Below, one piece after another: positions 25,340 through 33,970 of a stretch of 64,000 nt of DNA (the stretch's first letter is position 1; each line of letters begins with the position of its first letter). The notes below the pieces were generated by a model, which saw only the letters and a program-made list of their open reading frames with translations, searched no databases and was not told where the DNA came from. The DNA is from Candidatus Micrarchaeota archaeon (GTDB taxonomy: Archaea > Micrarchaeota > Micrarchaeia > Norongarragalinales > Norongarragalinaceae): positions 2,610-66,609 of the forward strand of contig CAZVVY010000001.1 in the NCBI GenBank assembly GCA_964630975.1, read 5' to 3'. The position numbers were made by a program, and so were the translations under genes.

Positions 25340-27096
25340 TTCACGGTCACCGACTTTGCGAGGTTGCGCGGCTTGTCCGCGTCGTTGCCGCGCGCCTTGG
25401 CCGCGTAATACGCTATGAGTTGCAAGGGCACCGTTTCAAGCAAGGGATAAAACAATTCGTCGCTCGGCTTCGGCAGGCGAACAAAGCGGTCGTACGCCTC
25501 GTTCTCCTCGCTGCTTACTCCTACGAGTACCGCTCCGCGCGCCTTCGTTTCGATTCCGTTGCTCAACGCCCCGTCGTGAGTGTAATCCGGGGGGTTGAGT
25601 AGGACTACGGGCGTGCCTTCCTCTATGAGTGCGAGAGTGCCGTGCTTCAATTCTCCGGCAGGCATTCCTTCCGCGTGAACGTAACTTATTTCCTTGAGTT
25701 TGAGTGCGCCCTCAATCGCTATTGCGTAGTTGACTCCGCGGCCGAGATAATAGGCGTGTTCCTTGCCGGCAACCCATTCGCCGAGTTCCCTGCACTTTTC
25801 GATGTTGTCGTCAATCGTTTTCTGTATGAGGGGCGCCGCCTCCAACACTTTTTTCTCGCCTTCTTCAAGTTCGCCCTTCAAGGCGTAGGCCGCAAGGTAG
25901 AAAGCGGCGACTTGGTTGAGGAACGCCTTTGTCGAGGCGACCCCTATTTCGGGGCCGCAATTGATGTGAATGCTTTCATCGCTTGCGCGGTCTATTGAAG
26001 AGCCCGCCACGTTGACTATTGAAAACACTTTGAGGCCGCGCTTCTTGGCTTCGCGGATGCACTCCATGGTGTCCGCGGTTTCCCCGCTTTGCGACACTGC
26101 GACGAGCACCGCGTCCTCGGGAGTGTTGTGCGCGAAATAAGGGTATTCGCTTGCAATCATTACCTCTATCCGCTTTCCGGCAACGCGGTCCAACACGTGT
26201 TTCCCGACGACCGCGGCGTGGCGCGCCGTGCCGCACGCGACCGCTATCACGGGCCTGTCCCGAATGCCTTCGGCGAACCTCCTTATCGCTTCGCCGTCGT
26301 TTGCAAGCAAGGCCTTCAAGGTTTGCGGCTGTTCCATTATTTCCTTTAGCGTATAATCGCCTTCGGCTTTTGCGTCTTCCGCGTTCCAATCCGCTTCGTG
26401 CACTTCCTTTTCAATCGGCGACCAATCGTCCGTCCGGTAAAAAGAAGCGCTTTCCCCGGTCAACACCGCGGACTCGCCGTCCTCCAAGTAGGCGACGCGC
26501 CGCGTGTACTCGAGCAAGGGCAGGGAATCGCTTGCCGCGAAAAACTCTTTTTTCCCGCCAATGCCTACGAGTAAAGGGCTCTCGTTCCTGCAGCAAACGA
26601 TTTTTCCGGGTTCCCGTGAGGATATTACGAGCAATGCATACGACCCCTTCAGTTTTTTCACGGCTTTTTGAACCGCTTTTTCAAGGGAGCCCTCCCAACC
26701 GTCGGCAATCAAGTGCGCGATTACTTCGCTGTCCGTGTCCGACTCGAACTTTTTTCCTGCCAACCCTTTTTTGAGTTCCTGAAAGTTTTCGATGATTCCG
26801 TTGTGTACGAGCGCGATTTCCCCGGACTCGTCAGTGTGCGGGTGAGCGTTCGCCTTCGTAACCCCGCCGTGCGTAGCCCAACGGGTGTGCGCTATGCCTC
26901 CCGAGCCCTTCATTTCCTCGAAGTGAAGCGATTCGTTCAATTCTTCTATTTTTCCCTTGTCTTTCCGTACTTCGACCGCGCCGTTTACCGTTGCAATGCC
27001 CGCGCCGTCATACCCGCGATACTCCAGTTTCTTTAAGCCCTTGAACAATACTTCCCCCGCTTTTCGCGGTCCGATATACCCTACTATGCCGCACAT
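25336..27096 (-). CDS. glmS: Glutamine--fructose-6-phosphate aminotransferase
   Basis: MCGIVGY N-terminal Cys nucleophile and two SIS domains; GGAGG RBS 8 nt upstream of ATG 27096. Confidence 0.9.
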   Translation of the reverse strand: MCGIVGYIGPRKAGEVLFKGLKKLEYRGYDGAGIATVNGAVEVRKDKGKIEELNESLHFEEMKGSGGIAHTRWATHGGVTKANAHPHTDESGEIALVHNGIIENFQELKKGLAGKKFESDTDSEVIAHLIADGWEGSLEKAVQKAVKKLKGSYALLVISSREPGKIVCCRNESPLLVGIGGKKEFFAASDSLPLLEYTRRVAYLEDGESAVLTGESASFYRTDDWSPIEKEVHEADWNAEDAKAEGDYTLKEIMEQPQTLKALLANDGEAIRRFAEGIRDRPVIAVACGTARHAAVVGKHVLDRVAGKRIEVMIASEYPYFAHNTPEDAVLVAVSQSGETADTMECIREAKKRGLKVFSIVNVAGSSIDRASDESIHINCGPEIGVASTKAFLNQVAAFYLAAYALKGELEEGEKKVLEAAPLIQKTIDDNIEKCRELGEWVAGKEHAYYLGRGVNYAIAIEGALKLKEISYVHAEGMPAGELKHGTLALIEEGTPVVLLNPPDYTHDGALSNGIETKARGAVLVGVSSEENEAYDRFVRLPKPSDELFYPLLETVPLQLIAYYAAKARGNDADKPRNLAKSVTVK

Positions 27097-27132
27097 TTTG
27101 AATCCTCCTTTCTTTGTGGGAATGCGGCGCAA

Positions 27133-27295
27133 AAGGGGTTTTTACCCCCGTTGCCCGCCAAAGTCTCTCTCAGGTTTCGACTTATGCAACGCTTATGCTC
27201 CGCCGCGTTTAAAAGGTGCGCTCAAAAATTTTTTTGAATTTTCAGGGCCCGGAAAAACCTTTTAATAACTTTAAACTACTTTTATTAAAAAATAG
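27133..27295. promoter_or_regulatory. Divergent AT-rich promoter region between glmS and the HTH regulator
   Basis: TATA-like tracts (ttttaataactttaaact; ttttattaaaaaatagttgataatag); GGGGGTAAAAACCCC-TTTT hairpin in the glmS leader. Confidence 0.4.
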
Positions 27296-28213
27296 TTGAT
27301 AATAGTATTAAGGTGGTTGTATTTGATTGTCTTGTCGGACGGCAAATTCGTTGACGCTTCCCAAGTAAGCGCCGAATCCTTTTCAGTGCTCTCAAAAGAC
27401 CGTTTGCGCATACTGCGCGCCCTCGCCGAAAAGCCGCAGTACCCCGCGCAACTCTCTCGCTCCCTGGGAATCCAACAACAAACCGCGTATTACCACGTGC
27501 GCCTGCTCGCTGAAGCCGGCTTGATTAGCGTGGAGGACTACGAGGAGAAAGGGGGCGCGCTTGCAAAGCGCTATTCCGTGAAAGCGGACGCGCTAGCCCT
27601 CGTGTTGCGCGGGGACTGGAAGCCGTTCCGCGACCGCACCGGCAAGCCGCCGTCCTTCCTGGCGCCCTTCATCAACCGGGGCACGCTGGACGCGCGCCTC
27701 GTCATCGGATCTCCCGAACCCCACGGCAAGTACCGCGCGCGGGCAAGCGAATTCTGCGTTGCCGAACTGGGGGCGTGGCTCGGGTCCTTCGCCGCCGTAA
27801 AACACCCGTTTTATTACTTGGATACCGAGCTCGACGAGGCACGCAAGCGCGAGTCCTTGTTCGTGGTCGGCGGCCCCAAAGTCAACACTTTCCTGTCCGA
27901 AATCAATTCCTCTTTGCCGATTCGCTTCAAGGCCAACTCGTTCGAAGTGTATTCCTCGCTTTCAAAGAAGAGTTATGCCGAAGAAGTCGGCGTAATCCAG
28001 TGTGTCCCAAACCCCTTCAACGAGTCCAAGCAATTGTTCGTTGTTGCGGGGAGCAGGCACCACGGCACGCGCGTGGCCGCATTGGCGTTGAAGCGCGAAG
28101 CGAAAAAACTCGCAAAAAACAACCTCTTTGATTCAAGTGTTTTCGCTCGCGTGGTTCAAGGGTTCGACGAGGACGGCGACGGCGTGGTCGACGAAGTCGA
28201 GATACTCGAGTAA
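27296..28213 (+). CDS. Winged-helix (ArsR/TrmB-like) transcriptional regulator with a C-terminal domain of unknown function
   Basis: HTH LRILRALAEKPQYPAQLSRSLGIQQQTAYYHVRLLAEAGLI, followed by about 200 aa; divergent from glmS. Confidence 0.55.
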   Translation: MIIVLRWLYLIVLSDGKFVDASQVSAESFSVLSKDRLRILRALAEKPQYPAQLSRSLGIQQQTAYYHVRLLAEAGLISVEDYEEKGGALAKRYSVKADALALVLRGDWKPFRDRTGKPPSFLAPFINRGTLDARLVIGSPEPHGKYRARASEFCVAELGAWLGSFAAVKHPFYYLDTELDEARKRESLFVVGGPKVNTFLSEINSSLPIRFKANSFEVYSSLSKKSYAEEVGVIQCVPNPFNESKQLFVVAGSRHHGTRVAALALKREAKKLAKNNLFDSSVFARVVQGFDEDGDGVVDEVEILE

Positions 28214-28822
28214 TCAGAATGCGTCCGCATAGGAAACGAGCCGAACTCCTTCCAGAATGCTTTCGACTTCTTCGGAGTTGCATAACTCCAATTCTTTTTC
28301 GCGCTCTTCGTTCTTGGATGAATCGCTTTCCGCGTCGAAGTAACCGGGGTGCACCGCCCACTCGGTTACTCCGTCCGGCAAGGCCTTCAACGATTCGAGC
28401 ACTTCGTCCGCTTCCTTGCCCAACGAATGAAAATAGTTGTCGGGCGCGTTGATTCCGAGCGAGCGGTAAAAATCGCGCGACTCCTTTTTGGTGGAGCGCA
28501 AGGGCAACGCGTTTTCGGCGGCGAAGCGCGCAACGCCTTCAAGCGCCCAATCCTCTTCGTGAACCCATTTGTGGGAGTCGAGATGGGTGGGCAAGCCGTA
28601 GACGCGGGTGAATTCATTGAACTGTTTTTCGGCTTGGGCGTAAGCGTCGCCCCCCCTTAGTTCGAGGTGTAACCCGATTCCACACCCTTTTTCCATCAGG
28701 CGCAGGTCGGCGAACGGCCGTTCAATCATTACGCTGGCACTAGTTATTCGCGCGTCGAGTATTCCGTCGTTGAAGCGCGGGGCGTACCCGTAATCGTCGG
28801 CGTTGATTATGAGTTTCTTCAT
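28214..28822 (-). CDS. YdjC/ChbG-family carbohydrate deacetylase-like protein
   Basis: MKKLIINADDYGY N-terminus typical of the YdjC family. Confidence 0.65.
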   Translation of the reverse strand: MKKLIINADDYGYAPRFNDGILDARITSASVMIERPFADLRLMEKGCGIGLHLELRGGDAYAQAEKQFNEFTRVYGLPTHLDSHKWVHEEDWALEGVARFAAENALPLRSTKKESRDFYRSLGINAPDNYFHSLGKEADEVLESLKALPDGVTEWAVHPGYFDAESDSSKNEEREKELELCNSEEVESILEGVRLVSYADAF

Positions 28823-29910
28823 AAGAGTGCTTCGGCCTCGCGAACCATTTGGAGCTCTTCGTTTGCAGGGATTACGAGGATTTTGACGCGGCCGCGCGAA
28901 ACAAGGTTTTGGCCTTCCTCGTTTTTTTCTTCGTCCAATTCAACTCCGAGAAAAGACAAGGGCTCGCAAATCATTTTGCGGAGGCGCGAATCCTTTTCCC
29001 CGCCGCCGCCCGTGAAAACGATGCAATCCAAACCGTTCATTGCGGCGGCGTAAGCGCCCACGTACTTGGTTGCGCGGCGAGCGTACACTTTGAGCCCGGC
29101 CAGCGCCTCGGAGCTCCCTTCGTCAACCGCTTTCCAGGCGTCCCGCAAGTCGTTTGAGCCGCACAACGCCTTTAAGCCGCTTTCCTTGTTTAACGTTTTT
29201 TCGGCTTCGCGCGCGTTCACGCCTTCGGCCCCGCAAATAAATGGAATTATGGAGGGGTCTACGTCGCCGCTTCGAGTCCCCATTACGAGGCCTTCGAGGG
29301 GTGTGAAGCCCATACTGGTATCCACGCTTTCCCCGTTTTTGACGGCGGTAATGCTGGCGCCGTTTCCGAGGTGCAGGACAACCGTTTTTTCGGGCGGTGC
29401 GCCGAGTAATTCCGCGGCCCGCGAAACGCACCACTTGACGTTGGTGCCGTGGAACCCGTACCTGCGCACCCCGTATTCCTCGTAAAACTTTTTAGGTATG
29501 GCGTAAAGGAACGCCTCTTTTTCGAGGGTGGAGTGGAAAGCCGTGTCGAATACCGCTACGTGTTTTGCGTCGGGCAAGCGCTTCAGGCACGCCTTCAAGC
29601 ATTCCAGGTTTGCCGGGTTGTGCAAAGGCGCGAGCGGAATGCAGTCCTGTATTGCCTTCAACACTTCGGCGTCCACCAAAGCGCTTTCCCTGAATTTTTC
29701 GCCGCCGTGAACCACGCGGTGCGCTACCGCGTCGAAACAGGTTACCGCTTTGCCCGATAATTCCGACAACGCTTTTTCGAGTGCGTCCGCGTGGCACTCC
29801 GCGCCGCCGCACCCTATGCGTTCCACTAAACCCTTGTGAATCAATTCGCCGCCTTCGAAAGCCGAGTACTTGAGCGAAGAGCTACCTGCGTTAATCGTGA
29901 GGGCGCGCAT
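28819..29910 (-). CDS. ackA: Acetate (or short-chain acyl) kinase
   Basis: NAGSSSLKY N-terminus and the ASKHA fold motifs of the acetate/propionate kinase family. Confidence 0.8.
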   Translation of the reverse strand: MRALTINAGSSSLKYSAFEGGELIHKGLVERIGCGGAECHADALEKALSELSGKAVTCFDAVAHRVVHGGEKFRESALVDAEVLKAIQDCIPLAPLHNPANLECLKACLKRLPDAKHVAVFDTAFHSTLEKEAFLYAIPKKFYEEYGVRRYGFHGTNVKWCVSRAAELLGAPPEKTVVLHLGNGASITAVKNGESVDTSMGFTPLEGLVMGTRSGDVDPSIIPFICGAEGVNAREAEKTLNKESGLKALCGSNDLRDAWKAVDEGSSEALAGLKVYARRATKYVGAYAAAMNGLDCIVFTGGGGEKDSRLRKMICEPLSFLGVELDEEKNEEGQNLVSRGRVKILVIPANEELQMVREAEALL

Positions 29911-30710
29911 TACTTGTTTTTACCCATCAGCAAGGATACTGCGATGCTGGTAATGAATGCAACCGCGGCGTCGGTCGCGAAGTATTCCTGGGAGAGAAGG
30001 GTTTCGAACGGTATTCGGCCCCAGTAGTGGCCGAGAACTATTGAAATCGCGAAGGCGGCTACTGCGGCGACCATCAAGTGCGCCAACCCCTTCTTGTAAG
30101 AAGAATAAGTGTTGCGTATGAAGAAGAATGCGGCGAGAAGGAAGCCGCCGACGAGCATCATTCCCACGTCGGCGTTGGGCGCGCTAATCGTTTTCGAGGT
30201 GAAGATTCCGAATTGGGCGATTATGAGGAGGCTTATAACGCTCGTCAAGTCGCGGTCTTTTGCCGCACTGAGGTGTTCGAGCAAGGTTTTTTCTTGGGTG
30301 CCCGCGGCGGCTTTTTCAGGTGCGGTTTTCTTGAGCACCGCTTCACCGCCCGTGGCTTCGGTGTGAGTGCTCTTCGTTTGCTTGAACGCGAAGAGCAAGG
30401 CGAAGAGGCCGGCTAACAACGCTATTGCGCCGATGGCGAGGACTTCGACTCTCATTCCCCCCGCGGAAAACCGCTTCAATAATTCGGGTGCGGCCAGGTA
30501 AAGGGATAACCCTACTATTCCCAACAACAAAAGCGATTTGAGATACCTCCAAATGAGGGAGCTGACGCCTGCGAACAAGCCGATGGTCAGGAGTACGGCG
30601 AGCGCGCCCAACGCAATTGAGGTGGGGTCGCCCGCCAACGCTTTTTCTATTAGGGTCGAGCCGTATTCTTGTGCTTGCACTGCAATCGAGGAGTAATCCA
30701 TTTCAACCAT
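29910..30710 (-). CDS. hypothetical polytopic membrane protein (no Cys)
   Basis: About 7 predicted TM helices; no motif recognised. Confidence 0.5.
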   Translation of the reverse strand: MVEMDYSSIAVQAQEYGSTLIEKALAGDPTSIALGALAVLLTIGLFAGVSSLIWRYLKSLLLLGIVGLSLYLAAPELLKRFSAGGMRVEVLAIGAIALLAGLFALLFAFKQTKSTHTEATGGEAVLKKTAPEKAAAGTQEKTLLEHLSAAKDRDLTSVISLLIIAQFGIFTSKTISAPNADVGMMLVGGFLLAAFFFIRNTYSSYKKGLAHLMVAAVAAFAISIVLGHYWGRIPFETLLSQEYFATDAAVAFITSIAVSLLMGKNK

Positions 30711-30722
30711 TATCTTATTGCC

Positions 30723-31286
30723 TCAAGCGTTTAATAATTGCATTACCAGCAGGGTTGCGATTCCGGCCAACAACATTTTGGCTCCCCCGCGCACCCAACC
30801 CGTCTTCGAGTCGCGCCCCAACAGCGCGCCCAACGCGAACAACAAGGAGAAGCTTAGCGCGGTTGCCGCTTGATACGAGTAATCTATTTCTTGAATGAAG
30901 GCGAAAGGGGTTGCCACGATTAACACGGACAAGAACGGGGCGAACGCGTTGACGGTTGCAGTCGCCTTTGCCGCGAAGTCGTATGCCTTGCCCAAGTCGC
31001 TGTTCTTGAGTCCGCGCATCAACTGCTTCTCCATTTCCCTGCGCTCTTTAGTCCTCTCCGCTTCTTCTGCCACGAAAGCGCCGGTGGCCCCCGAGAAGCC
31101 GAGCGCTATTGCAGTACTGAAACACAGCAAGAGCACGGTTTGCGGGTTTGTTATGCCTGCCGCTTTTGCGCCGAGTATTACTCCGAGCCCGGTCAGCACT
31201 CCGTCAAAAGAATTCATTACGGCGTAGCGGCGCGCGATTTTGGAGAAGCCCGTGAGCCCGTCGTAACGCCTTATTTTTTTAAGCAT
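30723..31286 (-). CDS. VIT1/CCC1-family (DUF125) membrane protein
   Basis: RRYAVMNSFDGVLTGLGVILGAKAAG matches the VIT-family N-terminal motif. Confidence 0.6.
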   Translation of the reverse strand: MLKKIRRYDGLTGFSKIARRYAVMNSFDGVLTGLGVILGAKAAGITNPQTVLLLCFSTAIALGFSGATGAFVAEEAERTKERREMEKQLMRGLKNSDLGKAYDFAAKATATVNAFAPFLSVLIVATPFAFIQEIDYSYQAATALSFSLLFALGALLGRDSKTGWVRGGAKMLLAGIATLLVMQLLNA

Positions 31287-31569
31287 GTTTCAGGTGCGCT
31301 CCCGGCACTTCACCGCTGGAAACGTGGTCTACGCTGTGAATGCTTGCGCCCAGCGACTCGATTATGTTTTTTACTTCGGCGAAGTCCAGGTTTTTGCCGT
31401 TCACCATTATGCGCACGGTTTCAACCTTGCGGTCCACTTCGCGCACGAGCACGTCCACGCCTTTAACTCCCTTGCCTTCGCTTAACGCGAGGCAGAAGTC
31501 GATGATGGACGGTTCGTTGGGCTTTAAAACGTCCAACTCCAACAAGTTCAAGCCCTTCATCTCATTCAC
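31279..31569 (-). CDS. DUF211 (COG1888) family protein
   Basis: LLELDVLKPNEP…GVKGVDVLVREVDRKVETVRIMVNGKNLDFAEVKNIIESLGASIHSVDHV matches DUF211; overlaps the DUF125 gene, a pairing seen in archaea. Confidence 0.7.
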   Translation of the reverse strand: MNEMKGLNLLELDVLKPNEPSIIDFCLALSEGKGVKGVDVLVREVDRKVETVRIMVNGKNLDFAEVKNIIESLGASIHSVDHVSSGEVPGAHLKHA

Positions 31570-31591
31570 TTTTACTCTTGCGCGCCTTATA

Positions 31592-31780
31592 TTAGTGGAG
31601 GCTGGCGTGCTCGAAGTGCTCCTTTAACGCGATTATAATCGAGTAAATGCCCGCCACTCCTACTGCAATGCCTTCGAACCCGTCGACTACTCCGTTGTAA
31701 AATAAGTAGATGCAGTACAATCCGGCAAGCGCCCCGAAAGCGTGCAATACGTCTTCAAAGTCGTCCACCCAGTCACTCAT
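31592..31780 (-). CDS. small hypothetical membrane protein (62 aa)
   Basis: Single hydrophobic stretch; weak support. Confidence 0.3.
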   Translation of the reverse strand: MSDWVDDFEDVLHAFGALAGLYCIYLFYNGVVDGFEGIAVGVAGIYSIIIALKEHFEHASLH

Positions 31781-31833
31781 ACCCTTTTACTTAGGGCAAC
31801 GCTTTAAAAAAACGTTGTTTTATTGGTATTTGT

Positions 31834-32325
31834 ATGAAACACGGGCTATTGTTTGTTGCGGTAACACTATTATTGTTCGGTTGCCTGGAAATCCAAACCG
31901 AGGAAGGTCTCGACAAGTGGACTCCGGCAGGCGAAGCCGCGTTGACTTACGAGCCGCCCGAAGAACCGGTTCCCTCGCCCAGCGCCGAAGCCACCCCGTC
32001 GGCTTCGCCGGACGCATCCCCTTCAATAGATGCGACTCCTTCGCCGTCGCCTTCCCCGGAACCCGTTTCGTGCACGGTTCTCACTTCGGGCCAGGACGTG
32101 GGCTCCATGAAGAAGCGCATAGTCGTGCGCTTCACGCAGGAAGTTTCGGACGCGGAAATGCGTTGCCATTCCACTCGCAGCTGGCAAAACCTCGAACTCG
32201 AAGAAATGAGCGGCGGCGACTACCAGGGCTTCGTGGACTGCTCGTATACTTCGACGGGCTCCTACCGCGCAATGGCCGAAGGCGGCGGCACGGACTGTGA
32301 AGTCGAATTCGACTTGGAAGAATAG
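31834..32325 (+). CDS. secreted/lipoprotein-like hypothetical protein with a Pro/Ser-rich linker
   Basis: Signal peptide MKHGLLFVAVTLLLFGC, PS-rich linker (EPVPSPSAEATPSASPDASPSIDATPSPSPSPEP), then a Cys-containing domain. Confidence 0.6.
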   Translation: MKHGLLFVAVTLLLFGCLEIQTEEGLDKWTPAGEAALTYEPPEEPVPSPSAEATPSASPDASPSIDATPSPSPSPEPVSCTVLTSGQDVGSMKKRIVVRFTQEVSDAEMRCHSTRSWQNLELEEMSGGDYQGFVDCSYTSTGSYRAMAEGGGTDCEVEFDLEE

Positions 32326-32429
32326 TCAGCACTCAAGGTCTTCTTCACTGCCTTTCGGCTCAGGACTCATACGCTGTCATCACTAATGCTTAAAGAATTG
32401 TTTTTATTGCTTTAACTCGTTTTGTTTGC

Positions 32430-33569
32430 GTGGGAAAAAAAGCGTTTTTTTTCGGGTTATTCGTTGCCCTAGCAACCGCGGCACCACAAAACTTTTTCAA
32501 CCCTTCCAACTCCTCTTCGTGGGGAAACGAGTTTTACGCTTCTTCCTTTCCCGAATTTTTGTTCGACTCACCCAACGACTTGGCGGCATTCAAGTTCTAC
32601 GTCAACTCCACGGTTTCGCCGGACTCGGCTTGGCTTTACGCTAACCGGACCCCCGCGGGTTTTATGCCGGTGCCACCGGTTTACGCCAATGTTTCAATTC
32701 AGGGAGCCGGCGTAACGGAGCCCGACGGGTTACTCGGATTGGTTTTATGTTTACGAAAACGTTTCCGCGAACGACGGGAGCAGTTACTCTTTCAACCCGC
32801 AACACGTTTTTGCTTTGGCGGGCCAGTACTCGTCCGGCGTTGACTCAAACTTTTCGTCGCCGCTTGCCACGGTTTCAATAACTTTACTATACTGCAATCC
32901 TTCGGCGACGGCTCTTCTTCAAAGCCTTCGCCTACGCCCACCGAAGAGCTGGGGGGGGGAAGGCAAGGGAGCGGAAACGAAGGAAGGAGAGAGCCCGGTT
33001 GACTCGGGCGGCTCCGGCCCCCTGCCCCGCCCTCGCCTTCGCCAACACCCCCCGCCCCTTCAACGGAGCCGGTTGAATCCGTTGTTTCGGGCGAAGCGTT
33101 TTACTGCGTTGAAAGCGACGCGCAAGTAGTGGAAATAAGGCGTTCGGTTACGGTCCTGCGCGGCGACGGCGGCGTTGAAGAAACCTTCGTAGGCTTGTCG
33201 GTGAAAAACCTGGGCAAGGAAGCGGTTCACGACTTCGTGTTAGAAGAATACTTGCCGAAAGGCGGCGGCTTCGAGTTTGCGGCGCCGCCGGACGGTGGAA
33301 ACGAGTCCTCGGTTTACTGGGTTTTGGAGTCGTTGTCCCCCGGCGAAGAAAAAACCATTGCTTATTCGGCTGAAAAAGCGTTTTTCCCCGAAGAATTTTC
33401 GGCACCGCCCAAAACCGTGAAAGCCGAAGCAAACCCGTTATTGTACTTGTTGTTCGCCGAAATACTCGTGGGCGCGCTCGTCGTTTTCGCGGCGAGAAAG
33501 ATAAGGCGCGCAAAGCCACGCGTTAAGGAGATGGGTAAAAAAGGGCGCCGCTCAAAGCGCAAGCGTTAA
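32430..33569 (+). pseudogene. Disrupted surface-protein gene: signal peptide, beta-rich region, PT linkers, DUF11/CARDB-like domain, C-terminal TM anchor with basic tail; interrupted by at least 3 frame changes and a TGA
   Basis: Coding potential hops frames: frame 0 at 32430-32730 (signal peptide MGKKAFFFGLFVALATAAP), frame 1 at about 32716-32950 (…YSDWFYVYENVSANDGSSYSFNPQHV…), and frame 0 again from 33003 (PPAPPSPSPTPPAPSTEP linker, then VTVLRGDGGVEETFVGLSVKNLGKEAVHDFVLEEYLP…TIAYSA, C-terminal TM with RKIRRAKPRVKEMGKKGRRSKRKR). G9 tract at 32951-32959; in-frame TGA at 33000. Confidence 0.45.
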
Positions 33570-33940
33570 CAAACGTAGTAGCCGCGGGCAAGCATTTGCA
33601 CGCAGTAATCGCTGGGGCCGCCATAAGACTGCCGGGGCGCGTAAGCGTAAGACGGAGCAGGGTAATGCCCGCTTGAAGAATACGCGTATCCGTTGCCCGA
33701 ATAAGCATAAGAGTAAGAGTAAGCGTTTTGCGGGTATTGATAGCGGGCCGGGTAATAGCGCGGCGCGTAATACGCGGGCGGCGCATGCGCGTGGTATTGG
33801 TAGTCCGGTGGGTTGGTCCCGAATTGCAGGGGCCCTAACGCGAACCACCACGGGTCCACTTCGTTGTAAGCGTTGGCAAAAGGCGCGAGCGCGCCCAAGG
33901 CAAACAATGCAATCAACAGTTTTTTCACTATTCCCACCAA
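33566..33940 (-). CDS. secreted Tyr/Pro/Ala-rich low-complexity protein
   Basis: Signal peptide (…KKLLIALFALGALAPFANA), then a YxY/PAYYAPRYY-type low-complexity region (about 22% Tyr) and a C-terminal CVQMLARGYYVC. Confidence 0.55.
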   Translation of the reverse strand: MVGIVKKLLIALFALGALAPFANAYNEVDPWWFALGPLQFGTNPPDYQYHAHAPPAYYAPRYYPARYQYPQNAYSYSYAYSGNGYAYSSSGHYPAPSYAYAPRQSYGGPSDYCVQMLARGYYVC

Positions 33941-33970
33941 GTAACATTCGTGTTTTACTGGTTTAAAACC

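Noticed and set aside
27097-27295. Possible glmS ribozyme in the glmS 5' leader
   Set aside because: The leader has a GGGGG-TAAAAA-CCCC hairpin but none of the conserved glmS ribozyme core segments could be recognised. The ribozyme is also a bacterial element, so this is not claimed.
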